Below the pieces are notes generated by a model that worked only from the letters and a program-made list of their open reading frames with translations, was not told where the DNA came from and did no database searches. Made by a program: the position numbers and the translations under genes. Below, piece by piece: positions 34,465-43,271 of a DNA stretch of 64,000 bases. The stretch's first letter is position 1, and every line of letters begins with the position of its first letter. The stretch is from an uncultured Chitinophagaceae bacterium (GTDB lineage: Bacteria; Bacteroidota; Bacteroidia; Chitinophagales; LD1): contig CAYNMP010000012.1 of NCBI GenBank assembly GCA_964398475.1, positions 22,540 through 86,539 on the forward strand, written 5' to 3'.

Positions 34465-37400
34465 TTATCGAATAACCGTAATCGTTCCCCTATAATCTCT
34501 ATCGCTGTAACCATCCATAAAAGTTACATGCAATTGATAAGTATACACTCCCATTCCCACAAAATCACCTTTGAATTTACCATCCCATGAAAAGTCGATG
34601 TCATTCGATTTGTAGATCATTTCTCCCCAACGATTGAACACCATAAACTCAATAAATTTCAACGCTTTTTTATTGCCGAATACTTCATACATATCGTTCA
34701 CCCCATCGGCATTCGGAGTAAAGGCATTCGGTACATATAAAGTATAGTTCTTTGTTACTTGTACAGGGAAAGCGATTTGTTCTGAACATACTTTTCCATG
34801 CGGACTAACCGATGCCGTAACTTGATATTGTAAACTGTTGTAAATGGTAACAGTTGGGTTCGGACAATTCGTGCAACTCAAGCCCGTTGCAGGCGTCCAT
34901 TGATATACGGCAGTGCTGTAGTTTGATGTAACTTCCAATGCTTTTGAATCGCCCAACGTTAGATCCACCGGCAACACCGATGTAGCAACAAGACCAACAG
35001 CAGCAGGCTCTTCCACCGCAGTAGTATAGGCCATGGAACAACCCATCGCATCTGTAATTGTAACGGTATAGGTATTGGCGTTCAAACTTGTTGCATCACC
35101 TGTTTGATTTTGTGTGCCATTAGAAAATGTATAGGTATAGACAGGCGTTCCGCCATTCGCAGTAGCATGAATAGCCCCATTACTTTCGCCAAAACATTTC
35201 ACGGTATCGTTGGCGAATGTGGCCAATATCGCTGCAGGTTGATTTATGGTAAACGCATTGATTTGCTCACAGCTATTCCCATCGGTTACTTTCACATTGT
35301 ATGTTCCCGCAGGTAATAATGTAAATGCACTTCCGGATGCTGGTACATACGTCCCTCCTACTTCAATGCTGAAGATATAATTCGGCACCCCACCATTAGC
35401 AGCAGGTGTAATTGTTCCTTTAGCGTCATTAAAGCAAGGTTCATCTACTACCTGTGCTGTGAGTTGAATGGCTTGTGGTTCAGTCAAAACAACCGTTTCA
35501 ACCACTGAGCAATTCATCGAATCGGTTACCGTTACCTGATAAGTTCCCGCAGCCAATCCGGTTAAAGCACTTGTTGTACCGGCATTCGGTACCCATGCAT
35601 AGGTATACCCTGTAATGGCAGACATACCACCTGTTGCAGTAATAGTAATGCTTCCATCTCCACTCTGATTACAGGTCAAATCTGTTTTGGATGAAGTAAC
35701 ACTTAATACTGTTGGTTCAATAATTGCGAACGATGTAGTCACCGAGCAACCATTGGCATCCGTTCCGGTTACCGTATATGTTCCTTGCGAAAGACTTGTC
35801 GCTGTTGCACCGGAAGTAACAGCAGGCGTCCAACTGTAAGTGTAGCCCGTTGTTCCACCTTGCAGTGTAATAAAGGCTTGTCCGTTATTCGCACCAAAAC
35901 AAGTAATATCTTGTTTTCCCGAAGCTGCAATACTCAAAGCAATAGCAGGTTGTGTAATGGTAGCCGAATTCGCTACCGAACATCCATTCAAATCTGTAAT
36001 CGTTACGTCATAAACGCCTGCATCTAAATTCACAGCCGAATCAACCGTGCTGCTCGCATTCGCACTCCACACATAAGTATAAGGCGATGTTCCGCCACTT
36101 ACTCCATATACAATCTTTCCATCGTTTACACCACCGTTACATTTTTTATTCACGGAATTCACCGTAAACGATAGCGCCTGCACAGCCGGATTTATCGTTA
36201 CCGTATTGGATACCGAACAACCCGAATTATCGGTAATAGTGGTACTGTAATTCCCGGCCGATAAGTTAACGGCACTATCGATTGTGCTAGTTGTATTTGC
36301 ACTCCATGCAAACGTGTAAGGTGCGGTACCTCCCGTAACGGTATACACAATTTTGCCACTCGCTAAACCATTCGTGCAACTCGGATCATCTTTTTGCACT
36401 GTATAGGTTAACGATGAACTAGAGGTTATCGTAACGCTATCGGCATACGAACAGCTTCCTCCATCGGCTACCGTGAAATAGTGTTTCCCTGCCGATAAAT
36501 TCGGACGATTTAAATTCGTGTTGCCATCGCTCCATAAAATAGTATAAGGACTTGTTCCTCCCGCAGGCGTTACCGTTGCCGTTCCTCCTACCGTACACGT
36601 AGCGCCTGTTACAGCCGATGTAGCACTTAATGCTGTGGCAGGTTGTGCAATGGTTACAGGCACTTGCACGGTTTGCGGACAACCCGCCTGACTAATCGTA
36701 GCCGTATAACTTCCCGCACTCAAGCCCGTTACCGCTAAACCTGTTTTACCGCCCGGAGCCCAATTCACGGTATAAGTTCCGCTGCCACCTGTGGCTGAAA
36801 CGGTTGCGGCACCGGTGCTTTGTCCGAAGCATGCCACATCCGTTTTTGAACTCAACGAACCCGCCAAAGCCGCAGGATCAGTCAATGTAAACGTATTCGA
36901 ATTCGTACAACCCGTATTGTCTTGCACCGTAATTGTGTATGTGCCCGCTGCTACATTGCTGATGCTTTGTGTAATAGCCGCATTCGACCAAGTATAGTTT
37001 GTATACACTCCAGAACCACCACTAACCGTAGTGGTTACGCCTCCGTTCGTTCCACCCGAACAAGTAATCGGAGTTACAGTGCCTGCAATAGTAATAGGTG
37101 CAACCGTTACCGGGTAAGATTTTGTAGCCTGACAACCCGATTGGTCGGTAATAATCAAAGTAACCGTATAGGTTCCCGGACCAGGGAAAGTATGTGTTGG
37201 ATTAGCCGTTGTAGCATGTGCCGAAGCATCGCCAAAATCCCAATCCCAACCAATAATTTTGTTTAATGAAGATGTACTCGAATCTTGAAACTGCACCACA
37301 TTGCTGCACACTTTTTTATTGGCACCATTCACAACCACAAAGTTGGGCGTAAAGTTCATGCACACGCGCTGCTCGTTGAATTTCGCACCGGTAGCTCCCG

Positions 37401-38151
37401 TCCAACCCCAATTCACCATTGGATTTCCACCGAAATAAGTGGTAACCACATTAGCCGAAAACGTGTAGGTGAAACGCTGTACTCCATCAAAGTAAACGGT
37501 TAAGTTTTGGGTACCGGGATCCCACACCAAACGCGTAGTATGCCATGCGCCATCTTCTATGTTTTTGTTGGTGGCATTCGCTTGAACCGCAGGCGGATTG
37601 CCTGGCCAGTGATCTATACCGCCATCAATATCCAATGCCACGTGGTCAATCTCGTTGCCCTCGTATTGCGTAATTGCTGAAGGATAGGGTGGGTCAAAAT
37701 TTCCACCATTCGCAAAGGTTTTCGGATTCGAAAAAATATCGTACTCCACTGCCAACGACTGCGATCCATCCGCTGCGTGTGGCAAATACCCAAAACCCAT
37801 ACCGCCACCACCGGCTGCAAGACCCGAAACATTGCGCGTCAACACAAAACCCATTCCATCGGCACCCGAATTTTGATTAAACAAATTGGCCGTGTTCTCG
37901 CTATGCGTACCAAAATAGACCCAAAAATTAAAATCGAAAGACTGACTCAAATCGATTTGATTGTTGTTGTACACAGCACCCGCTTTATTGGCCTGATCGG
38001 GCGTAATTTGATAACAGCCGCAACCGCTGTAGTTCGGATAAGGCGGGGTACCCGTAAAGGCTACAGCCGACCCTTTGATAATAAAAGGGACAGACTGACC
38101 AAACACTAGGTTCGATAACAAAACAAAAGCGAAGAGTAATCCTCTGGGCAT
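34465..38151 (-). CDS. large T9SS (type-B / CHU_C C-terminal sorting domain) adhesin: N-terminal L-type lectin-like domain, PKD-like domain, about 12 SprB-type repeats
   Basis: Signal peptide MPRGLLFAFVLLSNLVFGQS. Repeated C.G..NG...........YTY.WS units match SprB repeats. The C-terminus YVPNAFTPNADGVNDMYEVFG...FNRWGEMIY is the gliding-motility-associated sorting domain. Confidence 0.8.
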   Translation of the reverse strand: MPRGLLFAFVLLSNLVFGQSVPFIIKGSAVAFTGTPPYPNYSGCGCYQITPDQANKAGAVYNNNQIDLSQSFDFNFWVYFGTHSENTANLFNQNSGADGMGFVLTRNVSGLAAGGGGMGFGYLPHAADGSQSLAVEYDIFSNPKTFANGGNFDPPYPSAITQYEGNEIDHVALDIDGGIDHWPGNPPAVQANATNKNIEDGAWHTTRLVWDPGTQNLTVYFDGVQRFTYTFSANVVTTYFGGNPMVNWGWTGATGAKFNEQRVCMNFTPNFVVVNGANKKVCSNVVQFQDSSTSSLNKIIGWDWDFGDASAHATTANPTHTFPGPGTYTVTLIITDQSGCQATKSYPVTVAPITIAGTVTPITCSGGTNGGVTTTVSGGSGVYTNYTWSNAAITQSISNVAAGTYTITVQDNTGCTNSNTFTLTDPAALAGSLSSKTDVACFGQSTGAATVSATGGSGTYTVNWAPGGKTGLAVTGLSAGSYTATISQAGCPQTVQVPVTIAQPATALSATSAVTGATCTVGGTATVTPAGGTSPYTILWSDGNTNLNRPNLSAGKHYFTVADGGSCSYADSVTITSSSSLTYTVQKDDPSCTNGLASGKIVYTVTGGTAPYTFAWSANTTSTIDSAVNLSAGNYSTTITDNSGCSVSNTVTINPAVQALSFTVNSVNKKCNGGVNDGKIVYGVSGGTSPYTYVWSANASSTVDSAVNLDAGVYDVTITDLNGCSVANSATITQPAIALSIAASGKQDITCFGANNGQAFITLQGGTTGYTYSWTPAVTSGATATSLSQGTYTVTGTDANGCSVTTSFAIIEPTVLSVTSSKTDLTCNQSGDGSITITATGGMSAITGYTYAWVPNAGTTSALTGLAAGTYQVTVTDSMNCSVVETVVLTEPQAIQLTAQVVDEPCFNDAKGTITPAANGGVPNYIFSIEVGGTYVPASGSAFTLLPAGTYNVKVTDGNSCEQINAFTINQPAAILATFANDTVKCFGESNGAIHATANGGTPVYTYTFSNGTQNQTGDATSLNANTYTVTITDAMGCSMAYTTAVEEPAAVGLVATSVLPVDLTLGDSKALEVTSNYSTAVYQWTPATGLSCTNCPNPTVTIYNSLQYQVTASVSPHGKVCSEQIAFPVQVTKNYTLYVPNAFTPNADGVNDMYEVFGNKKALKFIEFMVFNRWGEMIYKSNDIDFSWDGKFKGDFVGMGVYTYQLHVTFMDGYSDRDYRGTITVIR

Positions 38152-38446
38152 GGTTATTTTTTAAAGGCGTGAATATAGTTCAAAAGATTGATTTCGGTTA
38201 CACCGGGTTGCTTAGGACTAACATAAATAATGCCACAGTTCATTCCATTGGTTTTAAGGGCGTGTAACCGGCTGTTCGTTGCAATCTTTTCCCGCTAAGA
38301 ATCGGGAAAAGGATTTCCACTGCCATCCGGCACGCGGCATAGTGCATATTTCGAAAAACCACTACAATGCCTATTTTAAAATTGTTTTAATATATTGTAG
38401 CTACATTTCAGTTTACAATTTTATGCAGATAAACACTTAGATTGCT

Positions 38447-39115
38447 ATGACAAAAGAGCCACTCCTTACCTTTCAAAAATTCAACGATAAACAAGCAGCA
38501 TTAGACCTGGCAGCGCTATTGAAAAAAGGCAATATCGCATTTGAGTTAGTGGATAATACTGCCGGTACTGATGTATCATTTGGCAACAAGAATTTAGCGT
38601 ATGCATACAGCATCAAAATCGATGCTAACGACTTTTCTAAAGCCAACGATTTAATACAAAAAAATGTGCAAGTACAAGTTGATGCGGTGGACAAAGATTA
38701 TTTCTTGTTTAACTTTTCTAATCAAGAGCTTGTTGAGGTGATTCAGAAAAAAGACGAATGGGGGCCGTTTAATGTGCTCTTAGCACAAAAAATCATGAAA
38801 GACAGGGGCAACGAAATAAAACCCGAAGAAGTTGAAAAGCTCAACAAACAAAGAATAGACGAACTAACAAAACCCGAAGTCAGCCAAAAATTTTGGATTT
38901 ACGCAGGGTACACCATGGCACTGTTAGGCGGCTTTGTAGGTATACTTATTGGTTGGCACCTATTAACCAATAAAAGAACATTACCCAATGGTAAAACCAT
39001 ATACGACTATACAGCCTCCGACAGGAAACATGGCAACCGCATCGTAATTATTGGTGTAGTATGTTTTGTGATATGGATGTCAATAAGAATAATTAACTTC
39101 TTTATAGCATTATAG
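38447..39115 (+). CDS. hypothetical protein with C-terminal transmembrane helices
   Basis: A soluble N-terminal domain followed by two hydrophobic segments (WIYAGYTMALLGGFVGILIGW and IVIIGVVCFVIWMSI). Confidence 0.5.
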   Translation: MTKEPLLTFQKFNDKQAALDLAALLKKGNIAFELVDNTAGTDVSFGNKNLAYAYSIKIDANDFSKANDLIQKNVQVQVDAVDKDYFLFNFSNQELVEVIQKKDEWGPFNVLLAQKIMKDRGNEIKPEEVEKLNKQRIDELTKPEVSQKFWIYAGYTMALLGGFVGILIGWHLLTNKRTLPNGKTIYDYTASDRKHGNRIVIIGVVCFVIWMSIRIINFFIAL

Positions 39116-39245
39116 AACATATCCGGCAGGAGTGTTTTCATAGGTTTCCGAAAATCAAAGCATATTTACTTTTTTTGTTTGATTCACCGTTTCAGCAAGT
39201 AATATGGTTGGTATTGTTGACAAAAATGAGGATGTTTAAGCAGCC

Positions 39246-39629
39246 TTGCTTTTGCATGTAAAACAGTTAATGTTTGCGTTGCAGGCATCGCAAATAAAGC
39301 ATAAACGGAAACGATCGTTCGCAATGAGAAAATATTCAATTTCAATAGGTATAAGTATTGCAGGCATTTTAGGAATCGTTTACGAGAATTTTAGATTAGC
39401 TGAAATGTACACCCAATCGCGAGGAAAAAACAGAGCGCTTTTTGGTTTGATTGAACTTGCTCAGTATGATGTGAAATTATATCTTGGAATGGCGCTCATG
39501 TTAAGTTTAATTTTTGCCTTTCAAGCCTTTCATAAAAAAGAAAACTATACCCTTTCAATGCTTGCCCTAATTTTAAGTGGCATTGGCCTAATTTTACTGT
39601 TTGTGCGATTTTGGACTTTGCTGGTATAA
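39246..39629 (+). CDS. small hypothetical membrane protein (true start possibly internal Met MRKYSISIGISIAGILG)
   Basis: Three predicted hydrophobic helices. No recognisable domain. Confidence 0.35.
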   Translation: MLLHVKQLMFALQASQIKHKRKRSFAMRKYSISIGISIAGILGIVYENFRLAEMYTQSRGKNRALFGLIELAQYDVKLYLGMALMLSLIFAFQAFHKKENYTLSMLALILSGIGLILLFVRFWTLLV

Positions 39630-39906
39630 AGCTCGAAACAAACAACTACTTAAAACTGAAAAATAATGTTTGCGAACAACATTTTAAACATTGCAGATCA
39701 AGCAGGTTTAAACATTCCTCCATTGGTTGGTGTTCCGCCACCAACCAATACGTTTTACCTAACTTTTGGCAACACTGTTATCACTCTTGCATCGCTTCCA
39801 CTTGTGCTTGTTCCTTGTTTTAACTAAGCACCCATGTGAGTTAAGACATACACTATCAATACCTCAGTCCTAAAAATTCAATTAAGAAGTTTACCTTTAG
39901 TGAGCA

Positions 39907-40650
39907 TTGAATTTGTTTAACGTGAAGAGAATAGAAGTTATTATGCTGGTGGGCATTGTACTGCTCGATTTAGCTACTAAGCTATTGGCCAACTATTTTT
40001 TACCGTATGAAGAATATGTAGCCATCATTAACGACCACTTTTTTTTCTGTTTAAGCTACAATTTAACCCCCAGCAATTTTCATCTAGAGCAGTTAACGCT
40101 GGGCATACCAAATAAAAATTTATACTTTCTCTTAAATATTGGAAATTCATTCATGCTGTTAGGGTATTACCACTACATTAAAAACAAAGCATACCCAAAA
40201 CGATACAAAATTGGAACAGGTTTTTTGCTGTATATAATTAATAATGTTGTCGTAGATATTCTACTCCACCATTGCTCGGATATTGCCATTTCAGTCCCCC
40301 TGTTTAGAATAATTACAATGGCACTTGTTCTGTTTTTTTGGGGTTACTTTTTTTACCACACAACAAACCGGTACGTTCGACTCTTTGAGTTGTTTATTAT
40401 AGGTTGCGGTATTGGTAATGGATTGAGTTTATTTTACCCTCCTTATGGGGTAATTGATTTTGTCTATATTCCTTTTTTATACACAAACAATATCATGGGC
40501 ATTTTTAATGTTGCCGATGTGTTTTGGGCACTTGGTGTTATAGGGCTTATGGTAAGTGGTATTGTATTTCTATTGCATTGGTTATACAAACGATTTACGA
40601 GTAAAAAAAATACACAAAAGGAGATTCCCGTCAACTTTCCTGAGTCTTAA
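39907..40650 (+). CDS. divergent lipoprotein signal peptidase II (LspA/A8)-like membrane protein, unusually long (247 aa)
   Basis: LspA-like blocks in the canonical order: LLDLATK (compare DxxSK), NIGNSF (NxGaaF), GIGNGLSLF...VIDF (GNLFDR...VVDMIDF) and IFNVADVFWALG (FNLAD). Confidence 0.5.
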   Translation: MNLFNVKRIEVIMLVGIVLLDLATKLLANYFLPYEEYVAIINDHFFFCLSYNLTPSNFHLEQLTLGIPNKNLYFLLNIGNSFMLLGYYHYIKNKAYPKRYKIGTGFLLYIINNVVVDILLHHCSDIAISVPLFRIITMALVLFFWGYFFYHTTNRYVRLFELFIIGCGIGNGLSLFYPPYGVIDFVYIPFLYTNNIMGIFNVADVFWALGVIGLMVSGIVFLLHWLYKRFTSKKNTQKEIPVNFPES

Positions 40651-40787
40651 ACAAAGCCATGGGTAGTGGATTACAGACTTTTATATTCGTAGATTGTAAT
40701 AATACCACAAGCAACACACTTGCGGTGACAAAGGATAAGTAAAAAATAAGCGCGAGTGAAAAACACTCGCGCTAGAAGAGAAGGCTG

Positions 40788-41165
40788 TTACTTATTTCCT
40801 TTTACTAAAAACCACCACAAGGCCACGTAAATAGCTTCAGGTTTTGCGCCTTTTATGCTATTGGTAACATCACTCATTTTAGCTATTGTGCTATTGCTTG
40901 AGTTTCGGATATCGTTGCCATCGATTTTAAGCACTGTTGAATTGCTGGAATTACGTATGGTTTTTCCATCGCTGTCTACTCTTCCTACCGTACTGTTCGA
41001 TGCATTGCGAACGGTTTTGCCATCGCTGTCGATTCGTCCAACCGATGAATTGCTTGAATTGCGCAATGTTTTGCCATCGCTGTCCATTTTAAATTGAGCG
41101 GATGCAGTATTGGAGACTACCAAAAATAAGATGGTTGCCAATGTGGCTTTGATTAACTTTTTCAT
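40788..41165 (-). CDS. small secreted protein with four tandem 18-aa repeats (DSDGKT.RNSSNSTVGR.)
   Basis: Signal peptide MKKLIKATLATILFLVVSNTASAQ. The repeats map to 40880-41096. The C-terminus is hydrophobic and Trp-rich. Confidence 0.55.
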   Translation of the reverse strand: MKKLIKATLATILFLVVSNTASAQFKMDSDGKTLRNSSNSSVGRIDSDGKTVRNASNSTVGRVDSDGKTIRNSSNSTVLKIDGNDIRNSSNSTIAKMSDVTNSIKGAKPEAIYVALWWFLVKGNK

Positions 41166-41561
41166 GTTTGATTTATATTTAGAATTCTAAAATACAATAG
41201 TCTTTTTAAAATGTTGGGTTTTCTACAAGGCTATTCATTTATGCTGAAATAAGATTTTTGCGGGAGGGAGGGAGGAGCCACCCCCTACCCCCGCCAGCGG
41301 GGGACAAGGAGAGATTGCTTCTCAAGCGCGGACGCTTGATCGCAATGACGTTTTGAAAATAATTTTGAAGAATAGTAGTATGTCCGCGTGCGGGATTGGA
41401 GTGGAAATCCTTTGTGCCGCTTCATAGCGGGACAAAGATTGGAGCGTAAAGCCCGTTAACACGCCCTAAATAAATTTTAAAATACAAAAAATCAATTTCC
41501 AAAAATGGAGAGGTGTTTTAGGTGGATGACCATAACAATTGTTATAAGCAATATCGTAAAT

Positions 41562-41621
41562 AAAAAATGCTGATGGAACCTGTTTCAGTCTTGACTGGAA
41601 GACCCGGCATCCCGCATCAGC
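41562..41621 (-). terminator. rho-independent terminator of the NdpA-like gene (complex stem)
   Basis: On the minus strand: GCTGATG...(inner hairpin GTCTT/AAGAC)...CATCAGC followed by ATTTTTTATTT. Confidence 0.5.
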
Positions 41622-41640
41622 ACAACAAATGTAAGTTTTT

Positions 41641-42684
41641 TTAATTCTCTTCTTCGTAATAGATTTTGTAGAATTTTCGTCCACTTTCGTCTATGCCCTG
41701 CTCGATGAGCTCGCGGCTGCCATGAATATAGATGTGGAAGTTGCGATCGAGTTTCAACACGCTCTTGAAGACGCGGGCTTGCTTCTTTACGGCCTGTGCG
41801 GAAATTTCGAAACTATCGGCTAGTTCTACTTCGTTTTGCGTGCGATAGTTTTCATCGAATTTGCGAAACGATTGAATCACATTGTTATCGCCAAATACTT
41901 CCTCCTCAAACTGTTGTTTATCGAAGGTTTCGTGCGATTTAAAATAATCCACCGAACGGTTGAGGTAGTCGATTTGCACGGCTTTGGTGACTACAAAATC
42001 TTCGTTGAGTTGTTGTGTTACAAAATGTTTAGCAATGCCCAAAAACTGGTTGGTTTGATGAAACTCGTTGTTGAGCACCATTACACTTAGAAAATCGTCT
42101 TTCCAATATTGCGCCTCGGTGCCTCGGTTGGTATTGTCTACAATCGAGAGCAGATAACCGTTTTCGGCTTCGCTATCAAAGATCAAACAACCTTTATCGA
42201 GCTTGTTAATGTTAATCCCTTCGCGACTTTCGATGATAAAGCCATCGGTATCTTGCTCCACTTCCAAGAAGGTATCTTTGTTTTCGGACTTGAACAAACC
42301 CACTGCATTGTGGCGTTCGCCATTGAGGGAACAGTCTTTAAAATACACCATATAAAACTCACCGCCTTTGATTTTAGGATGTGTGCTTTTGTTGTAGAGT
42401 TGCTTGGCGAGATGTGAGGATTGTTCGTAGAGTGTTTCTGGATTTTCAAATATCTTTTTTACGCAAGCGTACACTTCGTTATATGATAAGTCGATGTCGT
42501 GATGGAAGCGGTACACTTCTTCAGACTTAAACGCATTCAAAAAATATTGACACAATAAAGCCTTGAGTGGCTCGTCACAAATCACTTCGTTGTTGGCGAT
42601 AAAACAAGGTTCATCAGCAATTTTGTTGCCTACTTTATGCACAGCAAAAGCTTGCAATTTGGCTTCAGTAAAAATTAAATTCAT
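41641..42684 (-). CDS. nucleoid-associated protein, NdpA/YejK family (tentative)
   Basis: Size and composition are consistent with NdpA/YejK. The N-terminus MNLIFTEAKLQAFAVHKV resembles the NdpA start, and the pattern is acidic and aromatic-rich. The start is at an internal ATG. The ORF track extends to 42711. Confidence 0.45.
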   Translation of the reverse strand: MNLIFTEAKLQAFAVHKVGNKIADEPCFIANNEVICDEPLKALLCQYFLNAFKSEEVYRFHHDIDLSYNEVYACVKKIFENPETLYEQSSHLAKQLYNKSTHPKIKGGEFYMVYFKDCSLNGERHNAVGLFKSENKDTFLEVEQDTDGFIIESREGININKLDKGCLIFDSEAENGYLLSIVDNTNRGTEAQYWKDDFLSVMVLNNEFHQTNQFLGIAKHFVTQQLNEDFVVTKAVQIDYLNRSVDYFKSHETFDKQQFEEEVFGDNNVIQSFRKFDENYRTQNEVELADSFEISAQAVKKQARVFKSVLKLDRNFHIYIHGSRELIEQGIDESGRKFYKIYYEEEN

Positions 42685-42831
42685 GTGGTGTTTGCTTGAG
42701 CTTGGTGCCAAAAGTATAATGTTTGAGAGATTTATTAGAATTAGGAATAGATACGAATATTAAATGTTACAACGCAAAAAATATGGAGAACGCAACTTTT
42801 TAGGTAGAGGTCTCGTCTAATAGATAAAACC

Positions 42832-43116
42832 ATGCTTATGTTTTCAAAATACATGTTATGCCTAGGTATCGCTGTTACACTTTTCGGTTGTCAAAAAACG
42901 ACTGATAATAAACAATTGATGTATGAAGAGGCTGCAAAACATAAAACTGACTTCAAAAATGTGGCACTTGATAATAGTGTTGATTTTATTTGCAACATGA
43001 ATCTTTCGCTGGGTATAGCGGACACCGCCCATCACAACGGAAAAATCTATGGATTTTGTTCAAAATCGTGTAAGGCGAATTTCGTGGCTACACCTGAAAA
43101 CTATACTACTAAATAG
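42832..43116 (+). CDS. YHS-domain lipoprotein (putative metal-binding)
   Basis: LFGC lipobox. DFICNMNLSL...KIYGFCSKSCKANFVATPENY matches the YHS/TRASH-like pattern. Confidence 0.55.
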   Translation: MLMFSKYMLCLGIAVTLFGCQKTTDNKQLMYEEAAKHKTDFKNVALDNSVDFICNMNLSLGIADTAHHNGKIYGFCSKSCKANFVATPENYTTK

Positions 43117-43271
43117 TTTTGTTTGACGTGAATGATTGATAGCCCTTGAGATGCAAACAATGTGCTTACTGTTACTTATTCTAGTCTATTCAATATGCAT
43201 TGAATAGATTAGGTGTGTTCCATTCTTCAGCAGGTTAAAGATACATCCCCAATTTTCGTTATCATTGATTC

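Noticed and set aside
34805-38109. Multiple 60-110-aa antisense ORFs inside the 34465-38151 adhesin gene
   Set aside because: These are GC-biased, low-stop antisense frames of a long Thr/Gly/Ala-rich gene, Arg/Cys-rich and of low complexity. They are artifacts.
41466-41684. 72-aa ORF in the 41.2-41.6 kb intergenic region
   Set aside because: It overlaps the NdpA terminator and stop codon on the same strand, has low complexity, and has no plausible start context.
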